Below, one piece after another: positions 17,723-27,419 of a DNA stretch of 32,000 nucleotides. The stretch is from Candidatus Iainarchaeum sp. (GTDB taxonomy: Archaea > Iainarchaeota > Iainarchaeia > Iainarchaeales > CSSED10-239), in contig JBBISB010000001.1 of assembly GCA_037441475.1 (NCBI GenBank), positions 637,465-669,464 of the forward strand, read 5' to 3'. The notes under the pieces are model-generated. The model had not been told where the DNA came from. It saw only the letters and a program-made list of their open reading frames with translations, and made no database searches. A program made the position numbers and the translations under genes. Each line of letters starts with the position of its first letter. Position 1 is the first letter of the stretch.

Positions 17723-18196
17723 ATGATAAACAAAAAAGGACAAGTCTCTATTGAGTTAATTATTTTAGTTGGTATGCTTATTATAGGTGCTGTTGTTTTA
17801 TCTGTTACTTTGATTAGTTCATATAAAAAAAATATAGAAACAACAGATGATACTGCAAAAAAACAAAGTAACCTTATAGATAATTTTGTAGAAGATCTTG
17901 ATGATGTTCAATCCGGAAACTCTGGAGGACAGATAAATCAATTTAGTGTTACTCTTACTAATCCACGTCCAATTAGTTATCCTCCTGGAAATGTATCTTT
18001 TAATATTTCATATGATTATAATGTAGGTCCAGTTACTTGTAATTGGGATTTAAGTTCTATGACATATGGAGAGCAAAATTTCCAAGGTTGTTCTACTTTA
18101 CGTAATTTAGGTTTAGGAGAATATACTGCAGATTACACAGTTACAGATGGTTCTAGCACTAGAACAGGGACTGTGTCCTTTAGAGTTAATAATTAA
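17723..18196 (+). CDS. Class III signal-peptide pilin-like protein (short)
   Basis: 157 aa with 'MINKKGQVSIELIILVGMLIIGAVVLSVTLISSYKKN', the canonical KKGQ(V)S(I)E(L) motif followed by a hydrophobic helix. Confidence 0.85.
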   Translation: MINKKGQVSIELIILVGMLIIGAVVLSVTLISSYKKNIETTDDTAKKQSNLIDNFVEDLDDVQSGNSGGQINQFSVTLTNPRPISYPPGNVSFNISYDYNVGPVTCNWDLSSMTYGEQNFQGCSTLRNLGLGEYTADYTVTDGSSTRTGTVSFRVNN

Positions 18197-18210
18197 ATTA
18201 AAGATTTTTT

Positions 18211-18675
18211 ATGGACCAAACAAGTAGTGATTACCTTAAGCAAGCAATAGAGGCAATCCTCTTTTTATCCCCAAAATCTATTTCTTTATCAAAGATATAT
18301 GCCTCTTTTCCAAACATCCCAAAGAACATAATAGATATCCAGATAGATGACTTGATAAACAGTTATCAAAAAAGACAAACATCTTTAGAAATTGTAAAAG
18401 ATAACAATAAACTTGAAATTGTTGTAAAACCAGAGTTTCATTCCTTTAACATCTTTGCAACAGGAACAACTCTCTCAAAATCAGAGCTTAAGACCTTAGC
18501 CTTCATCTCTTTAAATGCCCCAGTAGAGCAAGCAAAGATAAGTAAGAAAAGACCTTTTGAAGATCTAAAGATATTAAAAGACCTAGATCTAATATCTATT
18601 GAAAAGAAGGGACGAAAGAATATCTTACAAACAACCAAAAAATTTTCTCTTCTCTTTAAAAATAAGAAAAAGTAA
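18211..18675 (+). CDS. scpB: Segregation and condensation protein B
   Basis: 154 aa with 'LKQAIEAILFLSPKSISLSKI', 'LKTLAFISLNAPVEQAKISKKR' and 'DLDLISIEKKGRKNILQTTKKF', the tandem winged-helix pattern of ScpB. Confidence 0.82.
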   Translation: MDQTSSDYLKQAIEAILFLSPKSISLSKIYASFPNIPKNIIDIQIDDLINSYQKRQTSLEIVKDNNKLEIVVKPEFHSFNIFATGTTLSKSELKTLAFISLNAPVEQAKISKKRPFEDLKILKDLDLISIEKKGRKNILQTTKKFSLLFKNKKK

Positions 18676-18713
18676 CCTTTAAATAAATATAACTCTTATA
18701 TTTATTATATCTT

Positions 18714-21161
18714 ATGAATAAAACTATTTATGTGGTGAAAAATATTATGAAAAATAAATATATATTATTAATTTTACTTTTAGTTCTTTTAGTACCAAAC
18801 ATCTTTGCATTGGTACCAAATGCAAATATGAAGATATTTGCTGTTGCTGGAGATAAAGGAGCACAAGATGCAACCCTTAACATAAAGATTGTTCCTGGTG
18901 CCGGAAAGATATTCTCTTCAATAGATGAATCAATAGTAGGTTCATCCACCCAAGAGTCTTTTAAAAATGCAATTTCTGTTGCAAATAAAAATATTGGAAA
19001 CAACATACGTTCAAAGTATGATTTTACAGTTGATATTGAATCAAGTGCATACAGTATAGATGGGCCATCAGCAGGAGGAGCAATGGCTCTTTTAATAATT
19101 TCAATGTTTAAAGATACTCCAGTAAGTAATAAAGTAAGTATGACAGGAACAATTACAGCTGATGGTTATATAGGGGATGTTGGTGGAGTTTATCAAAAAA
19201 CAAAAAAAGCAGCTGAAGTAGGTATAAAGCTTTTCTTTGTTCCACAAGGTAACAGAACACAAGTTATTAATGAAGGTGGAAATATTCAGCAAATTGACCT
19301 TATTGAGTATGCTTACAAGGAATGGGGACTTAAGATAATAGAAGTTTCAACCATGGATGAAATCTTAGCTTACGCTTTTAGAGACATTGATTCAATAGAT
19401 ATAAATACTACTCAAAAAGAAAAAGTTGATGATTTTATTTATACCTCTATAAGTTATTCAAAAGCAGTTGAACCTTTTAAAGATGTTACTTATAATTACA
19501 TAAAACAAACTGATGAAAAGTTAGTTAATGTTAAAAAACACTTAGCTTCTTCAAGTATAAAAGATACTGAGGTTTTACAAAATCTATTATCTACCATAAA
19601 CTATTCTGAAGAACTTTTAAATGTTGCAAACAAATATTATCAATACAATTATTTTTATTCTGCAGCAAACAATTCATTTTTAGCATATGTAAATGTTATT
19701 ACTGTAGATGAGATTATAACAAACCCATCCATCTTAGCAGACTCTTCAATAATCTTTAACTTAAGGATTAAAGAGCTTGAAGAAAAGATAACCTTAACTG
19801 AAAATAGATCCTACAACTGTTCTCTTGAAAACCTAGAGTGGTGTGTTGGTGCAAGACAAAGAGTTACATGGGCAAGAGATAAACTTGAAAAAATAAGTGT
19901 GACTTCCACTTCTAATAATTTTACAAAAATACAAGATTATGCTTATGCTGTTGCATGGACAGATATTGCAAATAGTTTTTTAGACCTCTCAATTACAAAA
20001 ACAAATATTTATTTTGTAGAGTCAGGATATTTTAAAAAACAAGCACAAGATAATATAATCTCTGTTGAAAATCAATTGATATTAGTTGCACCAGAAATAG
20101 CAACTAGTGAAGACTTAAGAAGAAGACTTGATGCTGCTAAAAGAAACTATGATAGAGAATGGTATGTGACCTCTCTTTATGATTCAGCAACTGCTTTAGC
20201 TGTTATAAAAACACAAGAGGAAAATAAAAATACAATTTCAACAACAGCATTTACTGCAAAGTATGATCTTTTAGCCTCAAAGTTAAGATCTCAAGCAGCA
20301 ATGAATAATGAAAATAATGTTTGGTCAAAGACTTTCTTAGACCATGCCATCTATTATTATAATGCATATAATGAAAATAAAATGAAAGATGAAGAAAAAG
20401 CAAAATCAAATATGAATGTTTCAAACTCAATCTTAAATTTTTCAAACTACTTATATGATGTTGAGACTTTAGTTTTAGATTATTACCTTAATACAGATAT
20501 TGATGCTTTAATAGTTGATATTACAAGTTCAACAGAAGGTTCAGTTATAATTGTTAATAAAAATAATGAACCTATAAAACAAGTTTCTTCACAGAATGTA
20601 TATGTTTACAGTAAAGAAAGAAAAGACTTTAATCTTTATTTAATTGTTGCAGCTTTGTTCTTAATGATTGTAGCTATTATTGTTGAGGTTGAAAGGTTTA
20701 AAAGATACCATTCAAAGGAAGGAATAATAAAGCAAATAGGTTACTTAGATGAAAAGCTTCTTGATGGAAAGATTAGTTCTTTTACCTATAAGGAAATGAG
20801 AGAGAAGTATCTTTTAGAGCTTGAAAAAATAAAATCTAAAGAAGCATCTAAAAAGAAAGAGTTAAAGAAAACAGAAGATGTTTTAACCTCTGCAGATGAA
20901 CTTGAAAAAAGAGTAATTGATAAACAAATAGAGGAACTTGAAAGAAGAAGAAAAGAAATTTCTCTTAGAGGAAAAAGTGAATCTATTAAGAGTGTTAAAG
21001 AGATTGTTTCAAACATCAAGCCTACAGTTAAGGAAGATGTTAAAAAACAAGAAACTTTTAAAAAACCTTCTTTAAAAAAAGAAACTTCTTCTAAAAAAGA
21101 AGAAATTAAAAAAAAAGAAACTAAAAAGAAAAAGGATCTTTCAATTAAGAAAGGTCTTTAA
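18714..21161 (+). CDS. Membrane-anchored/secreted Lon-like (S16) protease without AAA domain
   Basis: N-terminal signal/TM 'YILLILLLVLLVPNIFA', catalytic-type 'DGPSAGGAMALLI' and 'GDVGGVYQKTKKAAEVGIKLFFVPQ', C-terminal TM 'LYLIVAALFLMIVAIIVEV' followed by a cytoplasmic coiled coil. Confidence 0.85.
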   Translation: MNKTIYVVKNIMKNKYILLILLLVLLVPNIFALVPNANMKIFAVAGDKGAQDATLNIKIVPGAGKIFSSIDESIVGSSTQESFKNAISVANKNIGNNIRSKYDFTVDIESSAYSIDGPSAGGAMALLIISMFKDTPVSNKVSMTGTITADGYIGDVGGVYQKTKKAAEVGIKLFFVPQGNRTQVINEGGNIQQIDLIEYAYKEWGLKIIEVSTMDEILAYAFRDIDSIDINTTQKEKVDDFIYTSISYSKAVEPFKDVTYNYIKQTDEKLVNVKKHLASSSIKDTEVLQNLLSTINYSEELLNVANKYYQYNYFYSAANNSFLAYVNVITVDEIITNPSILADSSIIFNLRIKELEEKITLTENRSYNCSLENLEWCVGARQRVTWARDKLEKISVTSTSNNFTKIQDYAYAVAWTDIANSFLDLSITKTNIYFVESGYFKKQAQDNIISVENQLILVAPEIATSEDLRRRLDAAKRNYDREWYVTSLYDSATALAVIKTQEENKNTISTTAFTAKYDLLASKLRSQAAMNNENNVWSKTFLDHAIYYYNAYNENKMKDEEKAKSNMNVSNSILNFSNYLYDVETLVLDYYLNTDIDALIVDITSSTEGSVIIVNKNNEPIKQVSSQNVYVYSKERKDFNLYLIVAALFLMIVAIIVEVERFKRYHSKEGIIKQIGYLDEKLLDGKISSFTYKEMREKYLLELEKIKSKEASKKKELKKTEDVLTSADELEKRVIDKQIEELERRRKEISLRGKSESIKSVKEIVSNIKPTVKEDVKKQETFKKPSLKKETSSKKEEIKKKETKKKKDLSIKKGL

Positions 21162-22204
21162 TTTTTTTTAATTTTTAAATCCATTACAATCTGTACAGTT
21201 GTTGCAGAGAAGCTTCTAATTACCTTTTTATAGATAATCTCTATTTTACATTTATTTTTATTTTCTTTTTCTCTTATAATCTTTGTAATATCTTCAAATG
21301 GATTGTTTTTAGGTACAAAGTTATAGATATGTATTATTCCATTATTCTTTATTGAAAAGATTGCATCATCTAAAAAGTCTTCAGCTGATTTTGGAAGTGG
21401 CATTGGTATCCTATCAAAGTAATCTGGATACTGTTTAGAGACTTCTTTAACATCCCCTTCTATTCCATTAATGGTTTTTTCCATTTTATTAAATATTATG
21501 TTTTCTTTAAGGTATTTTGCTCCTAATGGGTTAAGCTCAATTGCAATTACCTCCTTTGGTTTTGCAAGCTTTGTTATCTGTATAGCAAAAGGTCCTACTC
21601 CTGCAAAGAAAACTCCAACCACTTCATTTTTTTTAACAAGGGAAGCTATTCTTTTTCTCTCTGTTGAAAGTCTTGAAGAATAGAACACTTTTTCTACATC
21701 TGTTTTAAGGAAACAACCGTTTTCCTGCACCATTGTTTCTTTACTGTTTTCTCCATAAACATAAGTTAAATCTTGGGTTCTAAAGGTTCCGTGATGTTCT
21801 TTTTCCTTATTAAGTATGGTTTTTATGCGTGGGTGTAAGGATATAAGTGCTTTTCCAATCTCTTTACTATATTTCTTTATTACTTCCTTATCGTCAATAT
21901 TAATTATTAAGATATCTCCAACAATATCATAAGAGGTTGGAAGTTTCTCTTTTATCTCTTTAGGTATTTTTTCTGAAAGTAGGTCTTTATACCCTAAGCC
22001 AATTTCTTTTTGTTTTTCTGGTTTTTTAATATCTATTTTTTCAAAGTTTTTTAAACTTTCAGTTATTTTTTTTACAGGTATGATTAAATGTTCTTTTTCT
22101 TTAATCACCTTATACTTTGAATTAAAGTTATTCTCTTCTTTTATCTTTGTGATTATTTCTTGTGCTTTTTTGTTTACAACTTTAATTCCTATTATTTTTT
22201 CCAT
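21158..22204 (-). CDS. trm5: tRNA (guanine37-N1)-methyltransferase Trm5 family
   Basis: 348 aa with 'EVVGVFFAGVGPFAIQITKLAKPKEVIAIELNPLGAKYLKENI', 'DRIPMPLPKSAEDFLDDA' and 'HIYNFV'. Confidence 0.87.
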   Translation of the reverse strand: MEKIIGIKVVNKKAQEIITKIKEENNFNSKYKVIKEKEHLIIPVKKITESLKNFEKIDIKKPEKQKEIGLGYKDLLSEKIPKEIKEKLPTSYDIVGDILIINIDDKEVIKKYSKEIGKALISLHPRIKTILNKEKEHHGTFRTQDLTYVYGENSKETMVQENGCFLKTDVEKVFYSSRLSTERKRIASLVKKNEVVGVFFAGVGPFAIQITKLAKPKEVIAIELNPLGAKYLKENIIFNKMEKTINGIEGDVKEVSKQYPDYFDRIPMPLPKSAEDFLDDAIFSIKNNGIIHIYNFVPKNNPFEDITKIIREKENKNKCKIEIIYKKVIRSFSATTVQIVMDLKIKKN

Positions 22205-22220
22205 AACTGTATTTTCTCTT

Positions 22221-22595
22221 TTATATATATTTTACTTTTCTTCTCTCTAAAAGATCTTCAGGAGAGATACTGTAGTTAAGGTCATCTATTTTATTTGTAA
22301 TGTCTTTTATAATTTCTTTTTTTATTTCAAGGATATCTTTCTTTGTACATACTTTATTAAAAGTAATTTCAATTATTTTAAAGTTAATGGTTTTGGTTAA
22401 GGTGTAAAAAACATAACAAGTAGTTTTTTTAATTTTTTTAATATCTTCGTCTTGAATTTCAAGAATAATTTTCATTTTTTCTGTGTTTTTAAGGGTTATG
22501 TAATACTTTTCTTTAGTTTTAAGTAGAAATTTCTTATATTCCTTTTCAGAAATTTCAAACCTTGTAAACCCACCAAGCTTATATTCTTTACTCAT
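22221..22595 (-). CDS. Hypothetical protein
   Basis: 124-aa ORF immediately upstream of trm5 on the same strand. Confidence 0.5.
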   Translation of the reverse strand: MSKEYKLGGFTRFEISEKEYKKFLLKTKEKYYITLKNTEKMKIILEIQDEDIKKIKKTTCYVFYTLTKTINFKIIEITFNKVCTKKDILEIKKEIIKDITNKIDDLNYSISPEDLLERRKVKYI

Positions 22596-22670
22596 TTTAT
22601 TCCTCTCTTTTAGTATGTATATATAAAAGAAGAATAGATTTTTATTCTATTCTGTTCTATAATAATATAT

Positions 22671-22790
22671 ATGAGTAAAACTAGATTAATTATAAGCGTT
22701 GTATCTGCATCTTTTTTACTATCTGTAATTCCTGCAAAAAAGATGATTGATAGTAACATAAAAAAAGCTTTTCAAAAGAAGCAACAGTGA
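22671..22790 (+). CDS. Small single-pass membrane/signal-like peptide (39 aa), below the track length cut-off
   Basis: MSKTRLIISVVSASFLLSVIPAKKMIDSNIKKAFQKKQQ*. Its stop overlaps the GTG start of the next ORF (GTGA). Confidence 0.45.
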   Translation: MSKTRLIISVVSASFLLSVIPAKKMIDSNIKKAFQKKQQ

Positions 22791-23370
22791 ATCATTTTTT
22801 AAATGACTTTCCTTTTAAGCTTACTCCTGAAAACGAAAAAAAAGCAAATGAAGTTATTTTAAGACTTTATAAGGATAAAGAAGTTTTTACAAAAGTATTT
22901 GTTTATTCAATGTTCCATGATCAATCTAGAGAGAAGATACTTGAGATGATGAAAGGAAATTTATCGACCTCTTCACTTGATAGTGCAACAAAACTACTTA
23001 ACTTACAAAAAGAAAGATTTTCTTTACTTGTAAAGGATTTAGTTAAAAACCCTCAGACTGCAAGAAACTTAGATACTTTATTTAATGTTTTTTCTACAAA
23101 TCGTTCTTTTAGAGATAAATTTACTTTAGATTTATTTCAGACTCAACTTAAAAAAATCCACTTTATCTTGTTGATAAAGGCTTTTTACTTAAGAAAAAAC
23201 CAAAGATTAATCTTTCAAATATAGTTTATGAGCATAGAAACAGGGTACAGGGTTTTAATCAATTACACCAAAGAGATCTTAACTCTAAATTAATACCTAG
23301 ACTTCCAATTAAAAAACTAGATTCAATTCCACAAAAAAAGCCTGAGATTAGAAGAAGACAAGGAAGATAG
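22787..23370 (+). CDS. Hypothetical protein spanning an apparent -1 frameshift at the A7 run 23150..23156
   Basis: 0-frame ORF 22787..23224. The -1 frame has TAA at 23149..23151, is open from 23152, and encodes 71 further codons (NPLYLVDKGFLLKKKPKINLSNIVYEHRNRVQGFNQLHQRDLNSKL...RRRQGR*) with no ATG/GTG/TTG start. Confidence 0.6.
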
Positions 23371-23382
23371 AGGAAATTATAG

Positions 23383-24240
23383 ATGTCTTTTATAATTTTA
23401 CAAAAGACAATAGAGCTATTTTCAAGGTTTAATCTTCTTGAAAATGGTTATAATTTTTTAAACACAATAACTTACTCTATTATAGGGGTTATGGTTTATT
23501 TTTTGGTTCTTTATCCTTATGTTCTTTTAAGGAAAATAAAGGTTAGTTTAAGGTTTGTTTATTCTGTTTTTATTTTTGTTATCTTAGGTGCTATCCTAAG
23601 AATGTTTACAATGCAGGAAACTGTCTTTGCAGGTTTAATAACAGCTTCTAAAAATCCCTTTTCCTTAGGCTTCTATCTTTATTACCCTCATCTCTTTTTA
23701 TTTCTTGCTCTTCTTTTTTTAATAGTTTTTGAACTTTCTTTGTTTCTTTCAAAGCTAATAAATAAAGATAAGGAAATGGTTTTACTTATTTTTTCTTTAA
23801 TAGTCTTATTTCCTTTCCTCTTATTACTTTTAATTAACCTCCTTAATTGGTTTTTATTTTTCCTGATTCTTTTCTTTGTAAGTGTAATTTTCTTTTTAAT
23901 CTATTATTTATTTTATTTTTTAAAAATTAATCTTTTAAAAAACAAAGTTTCTTCTTTAGCTTTCTTTTCTCAAGTTCTGGATTCTTTTACAACCTTTTTT
24001 TCTGTAGTTTTCTTAAAGGATGTTTTCTCAGAAGCACATGTCTTTTCTCGTCTAGTAGTTTCCATAAGCCCTTTTCTTTTTATTTTCATAAAAATAGTTC
24101 TTTGTTTATTGTTACTTTACTTGATTGATAGGTATGTAAAAGAGGTATCTTTAAACAACTATTTTAAGCTGTTTATAATAATTATTGGTTTTTCAACAGG
24201 GCTTAGAAATCTTTTCCTGATTTCTTTAGCTTTTATATAA
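23383..24240 (+). CDS. Polytopic integral membrane protein, hypothetical
   Basis: 285 aa, about eight strongly hydrophobic segments. Confidence 0.7.
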   Translation: MSFIILQKTIELFSRFNLLENGYNFLNTITYSIIGVMVYFLVLYPYVLLRKIKVSLRFVYSVFIFVILGAILRMFTMQETVFAGLITASKNPFSLGFYLYYPHLFLFLALLFLIVFELSLFLSKLINKDKEMVLLIFSLIVLFPFLLLLLINLLNWFLFFLILFFVSVIFFLIYYLFYFLKINLLKNKVSSLAFFSQVLDSFTTFFSVVFLKDVFSEAHVFSRLVVSISPFLFIFIKIVLCLLLLYLIDRYVKEVSLNNYFKLFIIIIGFSTGLRNLFLISLAFI

Positions 24241-24317
24241 AAAAATAGGTTTAAATATATTTATGTTCCTAATTATTTAGTACTAATTTTATGTTATCAA
24301 AAAAATATTAGTAATTT

Positions 24318-24390
24318 GCCTCGGTAGCTTAGTGGTTGGAGCGATCGGCTGTTAACCGATAGGTCGTAGGTTCAAATCCTACCCGAGGCG
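24318..24390 (+). tRNA. tRNA-Asn (anticodon GTT)
   Basis: GCCTCGG...CCGAGGC-G acceptor pairing, ATCGG/CCGAT anticodon stem with loop CTGTTAA, and GTAGG-TTCAAAT-CCTAC T-arm. Confidence 0.96.
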
Positions 24391-24400
24391 CTTTTTATTT

Positions 24401-24841
24401 CTAATTATTAAAAGCAATTTTTTTATGCATATAGTATTTAACAAAGAAAATTACCATAACTGTTATTATCTTTGAAAAGATATACCATACCCCTAGATAC
24501 TCTGTTAATATCTTTACAAAAATAACATGCATACAAAGATCAATTACCGAGATTATTAAAAAATCAATAAACTTATGAGTAGATGTCTTTATCTTATTCT
24601 CTTTAAAAGTGTATTTTTTATTTCCAAAGAAGGCAATAAGCATCCCTACAAGATATGATAGTTTAACTGACAATAAATAGAATATACCAATAAACTCTGT
24701 TAATACATATAAAGAAACTATATCTGCTATGGTTGCTATTACTGAAAAGAAAGAATATTTTCCAATAGTCCTTACTCTTTTAAAGATAGGGCTTATCTTT
24801 TCAAGAAAATCAAATAGTTTATCAAGATAATTACTTTTCAT
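24401..24841 (-). CDS. GtrA-like membrane protein
   Basis: 146 aa with 'RTIGKYSFFSVIATIADIVSLYVLTEFIGIFYLLSVKLSYLVGMLIAFFGNKKYTFKENK' and 'FVKYYMHKKIAF'. Confidence 0.8.
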   Translation of the reverse strand: MKSNYLDKLFDFLEKISPIFKRVRTIGKYSFFSVIATIADIVSLYVLTEFIGIFYLLSVKLSYLVGMLIAFFGNKKYTFKENKIKTSTHKFIDFLIISVIDLCMHVIFVKILTEYLGVWYIFSKIITVMVIFFVKYYMHKKIAFNN

Positions 24842-24923
24842 TTATAAATCAGTCTGCTTTATATTTATTTTGAAAGTTAAATATATATATAACAACTTAA
24901 ATGTTTATAAATATTGATTTTTA

Positions 24924-25664
24924 ATGTATAATAATAAAAAAGTAATAATTGTGTTTCCTGCATACAATGCACAAACAACTTTAGAAAAAACAGTTAAGGA
25001 CATCCCTAAAGAGTATGTGGATGAAATGATACTGGTTGATGACTTTTCAACAGATAACACTGTTTCTCTTTCTAAACAATTAGGTCTTACCACTATAAAG
25101 CACACTAAAAACAAAGGGTATGGTGCAAATCAAAAGACTTGTTATAAAGAAGCTTTAAAAAGAGGGGCTGATGTTATTATAATGATACACCCAGACTACC
25201 AGTATGATCCTAGGATACTAAATAAAATGATTATCCCTATTGCTGAAGGAAAGGTTGATGCTGTCTTTGCTTCAAGGTTTTTAAACAAAAAAGATCCTTT
25301 GAAAGGTGGTATGCCTTACTATAAGTATCTAGGAAACAGATTTTTAACATTTTTTGAAAACTTTATACTTCAAACTTCCTTAAGTGAGTTTCATACAGGA
25401 TATCGTTCATTTTCAAAAGAGGTTTTAAAAGATCTACCTTTAAATAAAAACTCAGATAATTTTGTTTTTGATACTCAGATAATCATACAGATGGTTTTAA
25501 GAAAATATAAAATAAAAGAAGTTGCTGTTGAGACAAGGTATTTTCCAGAGGCCTCTTCAATTAATTTAAAGGCATCAATTGTTTATGGGCTTTCAATCTT
25601 AAGAGAGCTTGTAAAGTATCTTTTAACAAAATGGAGAATTAAAAGATATTCTCTTTATTCTTAA
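24924..25664 (+). CDS. Family 2 glycosyltransferase (dolichol-phosphate sugar synthase-like)
   Basis: 246 aa with 'VIIVFPAYNAQTTLEKTVKDIP', 'EMILVDDFSTDNT', 'NKGYGANQKTCYKEAL' and 'DVIIMIHPDYQYDP'. Confidence 0.88.
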   Translation: MYNNKKVIIVFPAYNAQTTLEKTVKDIPKEYVDEMILVDDFSTDNTVSLSKQLGLTTIKHTKNKGYGANQKTCYKEALKRGADVIIMIHPDYQYDPRILNKMIIPIAEGKVDAVFASRFLNKKDPLKGGMPYYKYLGNRFLTFFENFILQTSLSEFHTGYRSFSKEVLKDLPLNKNSDNFVFDTQIIIQMVLRKYKIKEVAVETRYFPEASSINLKASIVYGLSILRELVKYLLTKWRIKRYSLYS

Positions 25665-27109
25665 TTTAGTTTATAGATATACTGTTTTGTGTTATTAAAA
25701 GAATCTGTGTAAACAAGAGTGTATTTTTCAGAAAGTAGATCTTTAAACAAACCTAGTTTTTCAAAGCACTCTATATCTTCTTCTCTCCAACACTCTAAGT
25801 TTCTTTCTTCATAGAAAATATATTTTAAAGGTTGGTTTTGTGTAGTTACACTATAGGCATAGAAAGGTCCTGAAAGATAGATTATTTTACTTTTTTCATT
25901 GTACACGCCATACAATGGATTATCAACAGCTATAAGCCCTGAAAAGTCATTATCTGTTCTTTGAATATATGTGTAATACTCTTCTATCTCTTGAAACTTG
26001 GTGTGTTTATTGTTGTTTACTTGTTCATTGATTGCCATTGAAAAATTAAATACTAAAACCATAACTAATATTATTTCTATTATGGTTATTAGTCTCTTAT
26101 AGTTTACTTTTTCAATAACCTCCATAATACCAAAACCACCTAAGATAACAAAGAAAGGTAAGGCACTAAAGAAATATCTTGCCTCATAATGTACAAGGCT
26201 TGAGATGTATATGTAATAAAGTAAAGCTATTGTTAATGGAACTAATAATTTATTTTCTAAAAATAACCTTCTTGTCTTTTTAAAAAGAATACCCATTAAA
26301 AAAGCTAAGATAACAAACACTAATAAAAAGTTTTGAGAGAATAGATATTTTAAATAATAAATAAAACCATTTGTTACAAGATCATACGAGTTTGCAGCAA
26401 CCATCTGAGAGGCATGTGTAAATGGTATTATTATCTTTTGAAAGAAAGGTAAGGTTATTTTTTTAAGTAAAAAATAATTAATTAAAATAAAAGGAATAAC
26501 AAGTAAAGAAAAACCTACCCCATAGTTAAAGATATTTTTAATATTTTTAAATCTTCTTTCCTTTATCAGTTCAATAAGTAAAAATACTCCAAGTATACCA
26601 AAGACAAGTCCTGAAGGGTACCTGAAAAGAAAAGCAAGAGATAGAATAACCCCTGATAGAAAATATCTTTTTTTAGTAAAGAAATAATAACCCATAATGG
26701 ATAGAGCTGCCCCTGGAATCTCAGTTAAAAGTCTGTTTGTAAACACCACTATTGAAGATAAGGAGGCAAACAAGAGGGTGGTTATAACCCCACTTCCTTT
26801 CTTTATATCCTCTGATATTTTATATAGATAAAATAAACCTAAAATAAAGATTAAACCTAAGAGAATCTTTGTAAAAATAACCTCATTTACACCAATAAAC
26901 CAAAATAAACCAATTAAGAGACTAAGTATGGGTGGTCTTTGGTATTCATAGGTTGAAACCTCTCCTGCTGAAAATAAAAACTTTCCATTATTTGTATAAA
27001 CAGCTTCATCCCAGTATGGCATGTAGTTTATCACTGCATAGGTTATGGTTAATATAAATATTAGGATAAGTACTAAATTTATCTTTTTAAAGAGCTTTTC
27101 TTTTAACAT
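25661..27109 (-). CDS. Dolichyl/undecaprenyl-phosphate sugar-dependent glycosyltransferase (PMT/ArnT-like)
   Basis: 482-aa polytopic protein with 'YMPYWDEAVYTNNGKFL...YEYQRPPILSLLIG', matching the catalytic-loop 'DE..Y' plus 'RPPL...' pattern of GT39/GT83-like enzymes. Confidence 0.78.
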   Translation of the reverse strand: MLKEKLFKKINLVLILIFILTITYAVINYMPYWDEAVYTNNGKFLFSAGEVSTYEYQRPPILSLLIGLFWFIGVNEVIFTKILLGLIFILGLFYLYKISEDIKKGSGVITTLLFASLSSIVVFTNRLLTEIPGAALSIMGYYFFTKKRYFLSGVILSLAFLFRYPSGLVFGILGVFLLIELIKERRFKNIKNIFNYGVGFSLLVIPFILINYFLLKKITLPFFQKIIIPFTHASQMVAANSYDLVTNGFIYYLKYLFSQNFLLVFVILAFLMGILFKKTRRLFLENKLLVPLTIALLYYIYISSLVHYEARYFFSALPFFVILGGFGIMEVIEKVNYKRLITIIEIILVMVLVFNFSMAINEQVNNNKHTKFQEIEEYYTYIQRTDNDFSGLIAVDNPLYGVYNEKSKIIYLSGPFYAYSVTTQNQPLKYIFYEERNLECWREEDIECFEKLGLFKDLLSEKYTLVYTDSFNNTKQYIYKLN

Positions 27110-27236
27110 GTTTTTTCTTTTTTTTTAAAATGTATTTTTTCTTTAAAATATATCTATATCTATATATTTTTATATATTTCTTATCATCAAATATATATAA
27201 TTATCAGAAATATATGATGTTTATTAAGAAGATGAA

Positions 27237-27419
27237 ATGTTTATGAAAGATAATAAATTAATTGGGACTATTGGTATCTTTATTTTTTTATTTTTATTAT
27301 TTGTAAGTATCTTTTCTTCATTATTTTTTTTAATATATACAATACCAGTCCTAATAATTAGTTTATATATTTTATTTAATAATAAGGAAGACAAAATAGA
27401 ACAAATTAAAAAAAGGTGA
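27237..27419 (+). CDS. Small two-TM membrane protein
   Basis: 60 aa, two hydrophobic segments, overlapping the start of the next ORF. Confidence 0.45.
   Translation: MFMKDNKLIGTIGIFIFLFLLFVSIFSSLFFLIYTIPVLIISLYILFNNKEDKIEQIKKR

Noticed and set aside
24318-24390. tRNA-Asn as an integration site for a nearby mobile element
   Set aside because: I saw no integrase-like ORF and no obvious second copy of the tRNA 3' end within the window.
24904-24912. TTTATAAAT as the definite promoter of the GT2 gene
   Set aside because: It is only ~12 bp before the annotated ATG, which is too close for a standard archaeal TATA-to-TSS spacing of about 25 bp. In this AT-rich sequence such matches are common, so I did not call it.
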